NCBI RefSeq assembly: GCF_018350175.1
Contig: NC_058383.1
Span: forward strand, 14,262,001 to 14,326,000
Length of the DNA: 64,000 nt
Origin: Felis catus
Lineage: Eukaryota
Direction: 5' to 3'
Made by a program: the position numbers and the translations under genes
Notes under the pieces: generated by a model
What the model was told of the DNA's origin: nothing
Databases searched by the model: none
The model's input: the letters and a program-made list of their open reading frames with translations, nothing else
In this document: piece by piece, positions 49,875 through 63,030 of the stretch
Position numbering within the stretch: the first letter of the stretch is position 1
How the letters are laid out: each line of letters opens with the position of its first letter

Positions 49875-50409
49875 TGGCTCTTTTTCTAATTTAAAGAAAC
49901 TCCACAAACAACAGTTGAATGTATTACTTATAAATTATGTAGATGTATATAGAGGAAAACACAAAGTCCTTCTAAAGCCCCAGACCCAAACCTCACTCTT
50001 CTCAACAAAGGTGACCACTAGTGGCTGCTTCCTGTGTCTGTCTGACATTTGCTTATGCGTGGATGTGCCAGGCATGCTCGTTTTTAATTTTGCAGGGTGC
50101 TGCTAACTTGCTCTTTAAATGATTTTGCCTGCTTATACTCCAACCAGCAGTGTATGAGGGTGTCTTTCCTCACATTTGACAGGGCTGTATAAGATCTGTC
50201 TTCAATTTGTTTTCCCAACCCGAAAGATTAAAAAAAAAAAGTACTTTGTTACAGCTCTTGGATGCATTTCTTTGATTACTATAGAGATAGATCATCTTTT
50301 CATGTATTTATTGGATATTTTTGTTTCCTTTGATTTCTGAGAGAGATGTGGTGAATATCTCTCAGTATGACTGTGGATTTATCTTTTACTTCTTGGATTT
50401 TCTTTTCTT

Positions 50410-50632
50410 TAAATTTTTTTTAATGTTTTTATTTATTTTTGAGGGACAGAGAGAGAGAGAGAGCATGAGCAGGAGAAGGGGAGAGAGAGAGAGGGAGACA
50501 CAGAATCTGAAGCAGGCTCCAGGCTCTGAGCTGTCGGCATAGAGCCTGATGCGGGGCTTGAACTCATGAGCTGTGAGATCACGACCTGAGCCAAAGTCAG
50601 ATGCTTAACTGACTGAGCCACCCAGGCGCCCC
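50410..50632 (-). mobile_element. Can-SINE
   Basis: TSD approximately tacttctt. Confidence 0.93.
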
Positions 50633-50886
50633 ATACTTCTTAGGTTTTCAGTATCTTTTGCTTTGCATGTTTTCAAAGCATGCTATCAGGTGCATACATT
50701 CATGACCATTTATTTGTCCTAAATCATACCTTTTATCAAAAAGAAATATTTCTCTGACCCTTGATCCCTTCATGTTTTTTGCCAAGTGACTCTACTTATC
50801 TTCTCATTGATTACCTCCTTCTCTTGCCCCACCTTTTCAAAACTTCTTCTTTGTTGCTTTGGAGTAGCTTTCTAAATGTGGTTTCA

Positions 50887-51003
50887 GGGGCGCCTGAGTA
50901 GCTCAGTTGGTTTAGTGTCCCACTCTTGGTTTCCGTTCAGGTCATGATCTCATGATCTCGTGAGTCTGCGCCCCGTGTTGGGCTCTGAGCTGGCAGTGCA
51001 GAG
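50887..51003 (+). mobile_element. Can-SINE 5' half (no tail)
   Basis: Head through gcagtgcagag, then unrelated sequence; internal catgatct duplication. Confidence 0.8.
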
Positions 51004-52334
51004 TTGATGAAGGATATGGGGCCAAATTCTAATCCCCAGGGGTTTCTCTTTATATGTGGGGGCTAGGAGATGGTTCTTGCTTGGCTGCCATTGTGATGTG
51101 TGGTCTACTGGCCTCGGATGTAGGCAGAGATGCCCTTCTGTTGGACACGTTTATTGCTGATTTCTTGATGGGCCCCTCTGAGCTACGTGAGTTTTCTGGT
51201 AAGGGGTGGGGCCTGGTTCGGGTGAGGCCCCCTAATGCCAGAGGCCTCTGGGAAATCGAGAAATCAGATATGGCAAGTTGCCCACTTCTTTGCCGGGTCT
51301 CACCAGCCCTCGGGGTCCAGAGCTCCTCCCAAGTTTAGTTTCAGAGGTCAGCTCGTTCCCTTCTAGGGCTCTGCCTGTAAGATAAAGTGCCTTGTTCACA
51401 GTTTTGACTTGAACTGAAAAACATTAGTTACTGCCAACAACGTGGTAAGCTGCTAATTTATGTAAGAGATCAAGGAAATACTTTTTGTTACGTTCTTTCT
51501 TCAGGATGGGGTAGAGAGGGCCCTGCCAAAGATCCACCCTGAGAACTAGTGGGTAGGCCAGAGTTTTGGGGCCTAGGAGAGGAATCGGAGCGTCTGAGCC
51601 AAGCGTGAGTACCTTTGGAAGATGTCTCTACAGGGTCATCTGTAGAGCAGATGAGCGGGCTCCGTGAGGACCTGGGGTTGTGATCTGGGCGGTCTGGAAT
51701 GAATGAGCTTGTTGGGCAGGGAACTTACACACCCATGTCTTTTCGAGAGCTCGGAACTCGGCCTCTGAGGTCGCATCTTGGCCTTGCTTGCAGGGATGCT
51801 GTTCTTTGATTTAGACACATGCCCTGTGCTGTCATGCCTCTTCCCTGCTCAATAATCCTTGACTTCATGGCTTCGCGCTGCTGGAGGACTTAGTCTGAAT
51901 TTTCTAAACTGCCTTCAGAGCAACCTGGTTGACCGTTGGTTTCTTTTCCGCATCCCGGACACGCCCCGAAACCCCGATTTCTGCTTCTTGGCGGTGCACT
52001 GTACGTTTTCTCTCCTCCGTTTTTACACACGCTGTTCATTTTGTTTTGCTCAGAGAATTTTGCCCTTTGTCCCGTCTCTCCCTTCACCGGTCCTCACCTG
52101 GAAATTACCTATCAATGCTTCATGGCTGAGGGCACATTTTATCTCCGCTGCAAAACCTTCCCTGGGCGGGGCCCCCATCTGTCTCCTTGAAGGCAGAAAT
52201 CTCGGACCATCCTGAACAAACTTCCCTTGTGACATGTAGCATTCCGTAATCGTAGTTACGATTTACCTAGCTTTTTCTCTTATGGGGCTGTGAACTTTTC
52301 CAGGGTAACAGTGAGGTTTTTAAAAAACTTTCTG

Positions 52335-52553
52335 GGGGCGCCTGGGTGGCGCAGTCGGTTAAGCGTCCGACTTCAGCCAGGTCATGATCTCGCGGTCCGG
52401 GAGTTCGAGCCCCGCGTCGGGCTCTGGGCTGATGGCTCAGAGCCTGGAGCCTGTTTCCGATTCTGTGTCTCCCTCTCTCTCTGCCCCTCCCCCGTTCATG
52501 CTCTGTCTCTCTCTGTCCCAAAAATAAATAAACGTTGAAAAAAAAAATTAAAA
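52335..52553 (+). mobile_element. Young felid Can-SINE (SINEC_Fc-like)
   Basis: Intact CpGs; perfect TSD aaaaaactttctg (52322-52334, 52554-52566). Confidence 0.97.
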
Positions 52554-53269
52554 AAAAAACTTTCTGTATCTTCAACACTTTGCTTGTCCATAACCGATGT
52601 CCAATATGTGCAAATGTCACCATCAACCTGTTGTTTCCAGGTGATATAGATACACTGGTCCTAGGGGTGTGGGAATAAAAGAACAGGTGCTTTTTTTTTT
52701 TTTTTTTTTTGAGAGAGACAAAAGATCCATGTTAAAACCGAGGGATGGGCACTGTCTTCCATCTATCATAAAATATTCGGAGTTACACAAAGTCACCGTC
52801 CTCAGGCGGGAGAGCTTTCTCTCCAGTGATCTGATGCGGCATCTTCAAACAGGTGTAGGAGGTACCTTGGGAGGAGACTCAGTCTTCCTACAAGTCTAGG
52901 GTCTTCATTAAATCTGTAGGATTCCAGAACTGGGCATTCCATACAACCTCTTTTTGCCACGAATGACTAGATGCCTTTTTTCTATTTATTAATGTATCTT
53001 ACAAATACTTTCTGAGCATCTGGGATGAGCCCTTCCTGTGTGCTGGAGATGTATCAGCCGAAGAGATGTGGTCCCTGATCTCATGAAACCTACTGGCCAG
53101 TGATGGGAAGGGTAAGGGTTGGGGCCTTCAGCTGCACGGACAGATTTATTATTACCACTGTGCCTCGTGTACCGTTTTCTGTCGCTCCCTTGCCGGCCCA
53201 AGATAGGAGGAATTGAGTCAATGCGTTACAGGTCTCCAAGTTAGCATAAGATCTTACCCGTGGGGTTTT

Positions 53270-53485
53270 TTTTTTTATTTTTTTTTAATGTTTATTTATT
53301 TTTGAGACAGAGACAGAGCATGAATGGGGGAGGGGCAGAGAGAGAAGGAGACACAGAATTGGAAGCAGGCTCCAGGCTCCGAGCCATCAGCCCAGAGCCG
53401 GACGCGGGGCTCGAACTCATGGGCCTCGAGATCGTGACCTGAGCTGAAGTCGGACGCTTAACCGACTGAGCCACCCAGGCGCCCC
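53270..53485 (-). mobile_element. Young felid Can-SINE
   Basis: Perfect TSD acccgtggggtttt (53256, 53486). Confidence 0.97.
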
Positions 53486-54833
53486 ACCCGTGGGGTTTTA
53501 GAAAGGAAGGCATTACCTGGAGGAAGGTTGAAAACTGTGAAAATTACCTGTTATTAACATGTCTGAGAGATGGTACAAGGTGACAGGGAACATTCTATAG
53601 GATATCGAGAAACCACTGGGAACGGCATTTAAACAGGAATGAAGTTTCTTTTCATGCCCTTCTACTCCGGAGCAGAAGTATGTCCTAGTGCAGAAGTCAT
53701 GGGGTTGTTTGATCAATGATTGTTAATGGGCTAGACTAGCTGCCTGGCAGGCTCAGTTGGATGGCTCAGTTTCTTTGTAAAAGAAACCCAGGCTGGGGCT
53801 CACATCTCGTGCAGCATTATCATCATTGTAAATGGGCAGTTCCCATCACCTTAAGAAATTGGCAGATGGCTGGAGCTAACTCCGCCATTTAAACAAAATT
53901 ACAGTTATTTCATATTTAAGTTTCTCTTGCCCTTTCAAAGCTACGTGTTGACTAACAGAGGAAGGCTTACAATCGCAGTGATCGGTTTTATGTTTATTAT
54001 ACCTTTATGGTATAAACCCCTTATTATATAAGGCCCTCTTGGAAAAGCCTCTGGGTAGAGAAAAAAGGTGGAGGTCCATTTCAGTCGGTAGGCATGCTTG
54101 CTTTCTAGAATGGATAATGTGAGATCAGGCCACATTATTCTTTTCCCCCATCTGCATTTCAACAGGTGGAACAGTTGTGATGTTGGTTTTGACTCAAGAC
54201 TTCTGTCTCCGATTGTGGCCTCAGAAGGCCTGTTGGGGGGATGACATGGCTGTTTCCCATTCATGCCAACTGACGTCATGCTCTCATGTGAAAATCCAAG
54301 AACTTGTAGTCTGGCATTGCGACTCCCTTTAATTCTGCAATATGGCTCAGTCATTCGTGTGTTAATCTAAACTGATGTGTTTTTCTGTGTTACATTTGCT
54401 CACTCTAAAAAATAAGAGCAGGAAATGTACAAAGAAGCAAGAAAAAGTTATTGACAATTCCACCACATAGAGGCAAAATGACATCTCATTATTGTTTTGA
54501 GTCTTTTTTATTGCTAGTGATGGTCTGCCTATTTTCATATGCGTGGTGTTTATTTCTTTGGTTCTCTGAATTGTCTGTTCATGTTTTTGTTTATTTGTCT
54601 GCGTTCTTTGGGCCCTCATTATCTTCTCCCCTTGTAATTGCTGTGAATTTGGGGGGGGGGAGTTTGCTGTTTCAATTTTATTTTTGTGATCAGAAGCTTA
54701 CAAATATTATCAAACTATTGGAGATTCTTCGATATCCGGAGTTTGCATGAATATTCCCTCACATTTTTATGTTGCTTTCCTTTTATTTTGAGTTCTGCAC
54801 TCAGCCAGTTTGTTTATTTAAAATGTTCTTTTT

Positions 54834-55177
54834 GGGGCGCCTGGGTGGCGCAGTCGGTTAAGCGTCCGACTTCAGCCAGGTCACGATCTCGCGGTCCGTG
54901 AGTTCGAGCCCCGCGTCCGGCTCTGGGCTGATGGCTCAGAGCCTGGAGCCTGTTTCCGATTCTGTGTCTCCCTCTCTCTCTGCCCCTCCCCCGTTCATGC
55001 TCTGTCTCTCTCTGTCCCAAAAATAAACATTAAAAAAAAAAACCTTCTTTTCGGGGGCGCCTGACTGGCTCATTCGGAGGAGCGTTCTAATCTTGATCTT
55101 GGGGTCGTGAGTTCGAGCCCCACGTTGGGTGTAGAATTACTTAAATAAGTAAATAAACTTGAAAAAATAAAATAAAA
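54834..55177 (+). mobile_element. Young Can-SINE (54834-55042) directly followed by a short older SINE (55053-55177)
   Basis: Two tRNA-like heads, each preceded by aaaa..ttctttt. Confidence 0.93.
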
Positions 55178-55605
55178 TTTACTTTTAGTTTGTTCTTAGG
55201 GGGGACTTTCACTGCTTCACCCAACAAAGAGTGAGTAGCCCTAACATCATTTATTGTGGAAACTTCTCGGCATAAATTCTCCAAGATCGGATCTGTTTCT
55301 AACATCTTACTTCTGTTTCACATGTCCATCATCTGGTTCTTGATTAGATGCTATTCACTTGACATTTGACTTCAACATCATGGATGTTTCCAGGTTTTCT
55401 TACAACCCTCTTCCCCTCAACCGTTTTGTTATTTATTCTTGCCTGTTTATTCTTTTCGGTCACTGTTGGGATTATTTGTCAAGTGGTAAAGTTAGTTCTA
55501 TAGAAATCTTTGAAAAAGTACCATTTGTAGTATTTCTAACTTATGAAAGTAACACATATTTGTATAGAACGTTGGAGGTTATGGTTAAATGTCAAGGAAT
55601 AAGCA

Positions 55606-55945
55606 TGTTAAAAAAGAGCATTCAAGCAAAGGAAATTGGAAGGAAGGTGGGGCAAGGAGTGATTAGCCAAAGGAAGGATTGTTTCAGACAAGGCCACCTT
55701 CCCTTAGTGGGGATGGCTGGGGGTCTTTTTCGGTGGATTTACCTCACTTTACTTTGTGGGGGATGGAGAAGGGCTCCTGTGACCAATGACCTCATCAGAG
55801 CCAACCGGAAAATTCCTGACTGACTAGTGAAGACAACATTTCTGGGGGAGGCGGAAACTGCAGTTAGGTTAGGTGTTCGGCCCCAGTTTGGTGACTTGGC
55901 TTAGCATTAGTGACGTCATCATGCCTGTGGCTTTGTTTAGTAGAC
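55606..55945. mobile_element. Possible ERV1-type solo LTR (MER31-like)
   Basis: Starts tgttaaaaaag; gaaactgcagttaggttagg motif; family uncertain. Confidence 0.35.
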
Positions 55946-56014
55946 AAAAGCCAAGACATATGTCTCTGCTCAGACCCTCCTGGAGAAACGGTTTTGTTTT
56001 TCAGAGGCTACGAC

Positions 56015-56190
56015 AAAGGTCGTTGGAGTCAGGTAGATCTGGGTTTGAAGTCCAGCTCTGCCTACTACTCACTTGCCTCTGGCCTCAGTTTACTCATCAG
56101 TACAATGGGTATACCTACATTCCTGGCTTACCGTGAAAAGTAATGGGATAATGCGTACACTGGAAGGTTCTTGGCCCAACGCACGGCTGC
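56015..56190 (+). mobile_element. MIR
   Basis: ggagtcaggtagatctgggtttgaagtccagctctgcc...gcctcagtttactcatc. Confidence 0.75.
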
Positions 56191-58689
56191 AGAAGCTGGG
56201 CTCACACACGTGTGTGTGTTTGCAGGATGGGGGGGGGGGGTTACCTTTTGTTATTCATCCTGTATTGCCCTCTCAGAGCAGAGGGCCAGCCCAGCGCTTC
56301 TCAGGTGATGGCCAAGGGCACGAGAACCCCCAGAGGCTCACGCTTGGACCCGCAAAAGCCCCTTACCTTGTTCTGAAAGTCAAAGCCGATCGTGTGGCCG
56401 CGCCCAGATCCCGTGGGTGGGGAGATAGACTTGGCCTCTTCAGTGAGAAAAACCTCCTGGAAGAAGTCACTTGGCAAAGGAGCCGAGCACACGGAGGGGT
56501 GAAGGGTTAATGCCTTTTGCCACACAACATAAACAGAATCTGCTGAAGCCTCTGGCGGTTCGGGGAGGGAGAAGGCATTTTCGGATTGAGTAAGATAGGC
56601 AGCGTCAGGTTAGCACTAAACTGAGGCTGGGGGTGGGGGGTTGGGGCTGGTGTGTCGGATTTGAGTCCCATGGTGGAGGGCCTGCCCTTGGGGACGGCTT
56701 TCTGCGTGGAGGTACCATAGCACCAAGGACGAAAGGGTGGCCCAGATGCAGGAATGAACAGAAGTGTTTTCGTGGTCTGTGTCTCTGAAAAGGCAGGCTG
56801 GACTGGCCAGTTTGACCAGAGCAAGGAAAGGAAAGGAAAGGAAAAGTCATCCGTTGGGTAATATGTTTCTCACTGCCTCGCTGAAGTTCTAGAAGACAAC
56901 TTTGGCCCCAGATTGGAGCTCCGGGAGGGGCTGGGGTGGGAGAGTGAGGCTTCGGCTGAGTGCAGAGCCTTTTAGGGCCCTTCCATTTCTCTGAAGGATC
57001 AGGTTGCCCACATTTTGGATCTGCTGGGCCTTGGAACACGGCTATTTATTATTTCCAGTTGGGATCATTTCCTAATGCGTTTTGGCCTCCTGTGGCCATG
57101 GGGGGGGGTCCCCCGTTCATCGCACTCCCCTTCGGAAGGTTATGGGATAAATACCATGTGTGAATAACTTAGGCAGCATTTCTTGTGCCTTAAGTGCACT
57201 GAGGTTTTCTTAGCTCTGGCCTGAAACTGTCTGCATTAATTTACCCTTAATTGCTTTTAGAAATTCTGTTCCTGAGCCATTGCTTAATAAAACTCCAGGG
57301 TTTTTCTTTTCTTTTTCTGTTCTCGTCAGTTGGCTACAACAAGATTAGCTTCCTCCTGCCCGGAGAGATCCATCTGTTGAGCGGAGAGTCTGAAGGATGC
57401 CCCTCCCCACCGTTCCCTTCCTCCCCCCCCCACCTCCATCATCCTCTCCACCCTCCCTCCACCCCCCATGTGTGGCTCCTCCCTTCCCTTCTAGAAAAAG
57501 CATGCTGCACAAAGCAGGGACCCGTGGTCAGAGTTGAGGGTTAAAGAAGATGAATCAAACCCCTTTCACTTACAAAACAAAACCTTCCAAAGATAAAGAG
57601 ACACAGGTAGGGGGTGCCCATGTCATGACCTCCTGCCACACCTTGAAACTGTCATATCTGCCACCTGGCCAAGGACGCTGAGTCTCAGACCTTGTCCTTG
57701 GAAAAGCAACTCTTCAGGACTCAGAGAAAGAGACGTCCCAGGAAGCCTGGGAGATTCCATGGTACCTGTAGGTAATCAGTTCAAGAATCAAAAATGGCTT
57801 GGGGAATATTCCAAGAGAAATGCTCGTAGGAACCAAGCTGGCAGGGGAGGCCTAGAGCTTTGTTGATCCTTTGGTGCTTGAAAACAGGGCGTGGGCGGGG
57901 CACTGGCCTGTCACTGACAACTGTGTCCTCTGGCCATGTGCCCTGGGTTCTACCCTTCCTCTGTGCTTCTGTGGGAAGCCCACAAAAGGTGTGAATTCTC
58001 GCCCCAGGGGAAAAAAAAAATTCCTACGCCCACCACATCTCGCATTCAATTTGGGAGGCTTTTCCTGGGGGGCTCTGTGGACCCCAGGATGGGACCCCGT
58101 CTCAGGCATAGAGCAGGCTGCATCTCGATTCATGAAAATCGCCCCAGTGTGACTGATCTGCGGGATGCACAGGAACTCAGATGCTGAAGTAGGCAGTTCG
58201 TCCCAGAGCCTGGCTGCGTAGGAACCGAGCTAATGAGGTGTGGAGCTCCTTCCTGGATGAAGTGCCGAGCTCAACTTGAGGAAATTAAACCACTCAGCAA
58301 AGTGTGCCTTCTCCCTGGTAATGAGCAGTCCAGTAGAGGGGCCTCGTGCATCTCGGTGGCTCAGCCCCCTGTCTTGTTTTGCAAGGTTTGCTGTTGCTAA
58401 AAATGATAGCGCTCTTTCCGTGGATTATAGGAGAGGCTCGATGAAGAGGGGAGAAAGAGAGGGGCTGTCGGCCTGGTTAATGCACTTGACCCAAACGGGC
58501 TTTCGGAATTTGAGTTCTGATTAGTAAATCAAAGGAGACAGCAGGCAGTCGAGTTCAGGGTGGTGTCTTTTTTAAGTGTTGAGGTGCCATCACTGATGTT
58601 ATAATTCGGGAGACGGTAAGTGATGTCTTTGATCATAAAAAGAGCAGAGAGAAGAAATAGGGAAGGTAGGAGGGTTTTCACGGGTTCGT

Positions 58690-60090
58690 GCAGTAACCAT
58701 TTATCTGCCAAGGACTGGGCTGGGCTCTGGGGAAACAAAGGGAGCCCAGCTGCCCCGACGTGGGAGAGAAGAGAGTGAAGGGCATCAGGGTGGCAATTTG
58801 CAGAGGGGGAGAACGCAACAGAGGACAGGGACCTCACATCAGGCCAGGACGTGCCTGGGGTGGGGCTGGAGGGGAGGGGCGTGTTAGGCCCAAGGAAAGG
58901 CGCTTTAGGCAGAGGGGAAAGAGTGTGCATTGAGAGAGGGCATTCCTGGTTTCGGGAAGTATGACTGCTTCACGGTAGCTGGGGGAACGGGGTAGGAGCT
59001 GAGGTTGGAAGGATGAGCTGGGGCTGAACTGGGTGCCAAGCAAAGGAGTTTAAACCTGACTCTGAAAGCAACGGAGAAGGCGAGGAGATAGTTACAGGGG
59101 GAGGGTGTCCTGATCCCATTTGCATTTTAGGAAGGTCATGCTGGGGGCACCTAGGTGGCTCAGCGTGGGACTCTTGATCCCCAGGTTGTAAGTTCGAGCC
59201 CCGCGTTGAGTAGAGATCACTTAAAAATATAATATTAAAAAGAAAGAACATGCTGGCAGCAGTGTGGTGGATAGAGTGAGGCTGAGCTGTAGAGGGGGCC
59301 GGCGGGAAGCAGGGCTCCAGTAAGTGGCTTTCGGTGACATCCAGGAGGGAAGCGTTGAGACGTGGAGCCAGGGCAGTGCAAATGGCGGGGGGGGGAGGGG
59401 CGAGTGTCACAGAGAGAACCTCAAGATGGCAGAATCTTCAGGATTCGGTGACCGGCCAGACGAGGTGAATGGGTCGTGATTCTAACATGCCTCCTGAGAA
59501 GAGAGGGCGGTCCCCTGCGATGGAGACAGGAAGGCACAGACAAAGCCCGTGTCAGGTTTAGGCGTGCTGAACTTGGGCTTGCGAGGCATCCAGGTGGCCA
59601 CGTCCAGTGGGAAGCTGTTGCTTGAGCCGAGGTCCAGGCTAGTGATGCGGGTTTGGAAATTGCAGGGCGTGACAGTTGGAGCCAGAGATCAGGACGAGGT
59701 CGCCTAGTTAGAGTCAGCCAAGGGCAGAGAAGGAGCCTTGAGGAATTTGGGGATTTGGAGCGGGAACAGAAAGGGCAACCCGGGAAAAAGAACGGGGGGC
59801 CGGGGCCGATCAGGTGGGAGAGAGAGCGGAGGTGTGACTCCGGGAACCCTGGGAGTGCCAGCACCCAAGAGTGAGTCACATTTATATGAGGTGAGAGGCA
59901 ACAACGTTAAATCCTGCAGCGATGATGGTCGGGAGGTATCTGCCGATTCCGGCCACACGGATGTCATTGGAAACTAACAAGAGCGGTTTTGGTGCAAGAG
60001 GGTAACTCGAGGCCAGAGGATGAGAGTGGAGTGTGGAACCGATGGGAGACGGAAGGAGACAAGGAGAAGAAAGACATCAATGAAAGCTGT
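58690..60090 (-). mobile_element. LINE-2 remnant with an inserted short Can-SINE (+, 59143-59246)
   Basis: atttgcattttaggaaggtcatgctgg...; gaggcatccaggtggccacgtccagtggg; SINE TSD catgctgg. Confidence 0.7.
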
Positions 60091-60599
60091 GGAAGAGACC
60101 CACATTGTATTTAAATGGGAGAGACCTGAGCGTCTGGCTTCCTGACTCTGCTTCCTCCGGGGGAGGAGGGACAGAGGATCCTTACATGTGCGTGGCTTCT
60201 CTCAGCCGCACCTGCAGAGGAGCCACGATGCGGAGCTTGATCGGGATGGGGGCCCAGGGTCTGCCCGGTTGCCAGGGGATGCTGACCGACGCTGATGCTA
60301 CAGGCCCGTGACCACTTTTGGAAATTCCTGCCGATGGCCTTGATGGCCTTGATTTCCTCGGTGGATTAAGAGGCACGCTTCCCTGCAGGAGGCAGATGAG
60401 CCAGAGGGGAGACTGGTAAAAGCAGAGAGCAGTGGGGAGGCGGGGGAGGGTTGGAGGCTTTGACCTGCCTTCCAGAGAAGCTTCAGGGCAGGTCCTCTGA
60501 GGGCCGTGAAGACTGGAAACCTCGGATTTGTCTTGTCATCAGCTGCAGGTGTGAGATGTTCTCTCTTTATCTGTCTCTATCATTATATCAAATATCATT

Positions 60600-61035
60600 A
60601 TATTTACGGATGGATGGAGAGAGAGAGAGAGAGAGAGAAAGGGGGGGAAGGGAGAGCTAAAGAGAGAACGAGAAACATTTATTTAAAGGAATTTGGCATA
60701 CGTGATTGTGAAGGCTGGCATACCCAAAAACCTGCAGGGCTCACCTGCAGCTCGGAGACCCAGGGAGGAACTCGTGTTGCAGCGAGGATCCAAAGGCAGT
60801 CTGCTGTCCGAATTCCCTTTCCCCCGGGGGGACCTCAGTCTTTTTTTTCTCTTCGAACCTTCCAACTGATGGGATGAGGCCCACCCACATTATGGAGAGT
60901 AATCTGCTTTAACCCAGGCCTACTGATCTACATGTCAGTCTCATCGAGAAAAAAAAGTACCTCCAGAAACCTCTAGACTAACGTGTGGCCCAACGACCAC
61001 GGCCTAGCCAAGTTGACCCGTAAAACTGAGCATTA
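60600..61035 (-). mobile_element. MLT2 (ERVL) LTR
   Basis: ccttccaactgatgggatgaggcccacccacattatggagagtaatctgcttta...gcctagccaagttgac is diagnostic of MLT2. Confidence 0.85.
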
Positions 61036-61735
61036 GAAGCGGTTAGATGCGCTTTGCGATCTGACTTCATCATCTGGCCCCGCGTCCACAGTGGGCCGGG
61101 GAGAGGAGGGAGCGGTTTGTCTCCATGCTGGACGGAAAGTGAAGTTGCCGTTGCTGATGTGGCACAGGAAGTGAGTGGAACGTTCTGAAGTTCCGTGTCA
61201 GTTGGCAGGTGTAGTGTCAACGTTCATGGCCTTTTCCGGGCTCAGGAGCATGGGAATTTTTGCAATAGGGCTTCCAAGGAGGAGTCCCATTTCTGTTCTT
61301 GATTGCCCATAACCCATGGCTTGGCATAGCTAAGATTGGCACACACGAGCCATGTCTTTGGTTAAGGATGTGCCTTCAGCGTTTACGGACTCACGGAATT
61401 CAGGCAGCGGCAAAGAGGTGACCGTCTGACGCATTTGCCTTTTCCTTTCTGATTACCCCTATCTGGCAAGTGGGCACACTATTTGGAAAATGAATCCCCT
61501 TGCTAAGTGGCTGGGCCACAGCAATGCATTCTTGGGGATGGGGCCCTTTTGCCTCTCAGTTGGAGATGGCAGGGGTCTGCTGTGGATCAAGGAGGGTGAG
61601 CCCAGGCCAAGGAAGCGCGTGGCCATCCAGGTCCCGGGAGCTGGTGTGTTCGTTCCGGAAGCCCAGGGGATGGTAGTACACGGGTACGTTCCAGGCTTGC
61701 TCTCGTACGTAAAGCGCATTCAGAAACTGAAAGGT

Positions 61736-61945
61736 AGGGACGCCTGGGGGGCTCAGTCGGTGAAGCGTCTGACTCTTGGTTTCGGCTCAGGTCATGATCT
61801 CACGGTTTGCGGGTTCGAGCCCCGCGTCGGGCTCTGCGCTGACAGCTCCGAGCCTGCTTGGGATTGTCTCCCTCTCTCTCTGCCCCTCCTCTCTCTCTTT
61901 CTGTCTCTCAGACAGAAATAAATAAACATTAAAAAAAAAAAAAAA
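61736..61945 (+). mobile_element. Can-SINE
   Basis: TSD agaaa(ct/ta)gaaaggtag. Confidence 0.94.
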
Positions 61946-62889
61946 GAAATAGAAAGGTAGACACTCCAGGACCCGGACCCTCCATTTTTGACGTGGATCT
62001 GAGGCCGGGCAGCCATAGAGGAGGAGGCCTCACCTCCCACCACTACCCACAGCAGTGGAAGGAGTGGATGGGAAGATGTGTCTGCCCCAAGCCTGTGGCT
62101 GCTTGGGGTCAGTCGAGGTGGTGTTTCCTGACTCAAACTACCTATTCCGTTTGATTCCCCCCTCTTTCCTCCCTCTGGTTTCGCTCTGGGCTGCCGGCAC
62201 TGAGAGGGCATGGGCTCCACGTCCACTGTAAAGAACCTTTACTCATTGGCCTTTCTGATCCTATGCATGTGTCTGGTACACTTGGAAAATGAAAATGAAT
62301 CAGCCTGGTAGGAATTTGCAGAGCCGGCTGTGACCCTGTGGTTCCAAGCCCTGGCTCCCCACTGCTCCGTCTGTGAACAACCTTAGCTAGATGTCTTCTG
62401 GAAGGCCCCGGAAGAGAAACAGAAGGGACCCTCGTCAACCGTTCGGCACTTAGCGTTTACCGCACTGCATTCCAAGCTGCCTTGTTCTAAGTGTTGAACG
62501 TGTTTTAGCTGCAAACCCCGGGACTCTTGGCTTCTGACGGCAGGATTGGGGCCCGGGCAGTGCTCAGTCATGGGTCCCCCACACCCTAGTGAGACGCCCC
62601 AGAGCCAGAGCTCAGGGTAAGCAGCCAGGAAGGCCCAGCAGATTGGCCACGAGGTGACCATCCGTGTGAGCTGAGTGACGGGAGAGATTGGGTAAGCCCT
62701 GGAAGGGGGCCCTCACCTTAGGACACGAGGGATTAATGCCCAAGAGTGGGACCAGAGACAAGGAGTAGAGCCTGAGTGCAGGCCCTGTGGGCGCCTGCCC
62801 TGAACTGGCCCCGTGTGCTATCCCGTGTTTGGAAGAGTCGAGACATCAGATGAAGAAGTTCCCTTCCAGGCACCCTTGCTGCTGTCTTC

Positions 62890-63030
62890 GGGCAGCTTGT
62901 GCGACTCAGGGCAAGTGACTTCACCTCTCGGGGCCCCCCGTTTCCTCCTCTGTGAAATGGGGATGATAATACCGCCTACCTCAGACGGTTGCTGTGAGGG
63001 TTAAATGAGACAGAACAGTACATAGAAGCT
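62890..63030 (+). mobile_element. MIR
   Basis: gggcaagtgacttcacctctc...tttcctcctctgtgaaatggggatgataat...gctgtgagggttaaatgaga. Confidence 0.85.
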
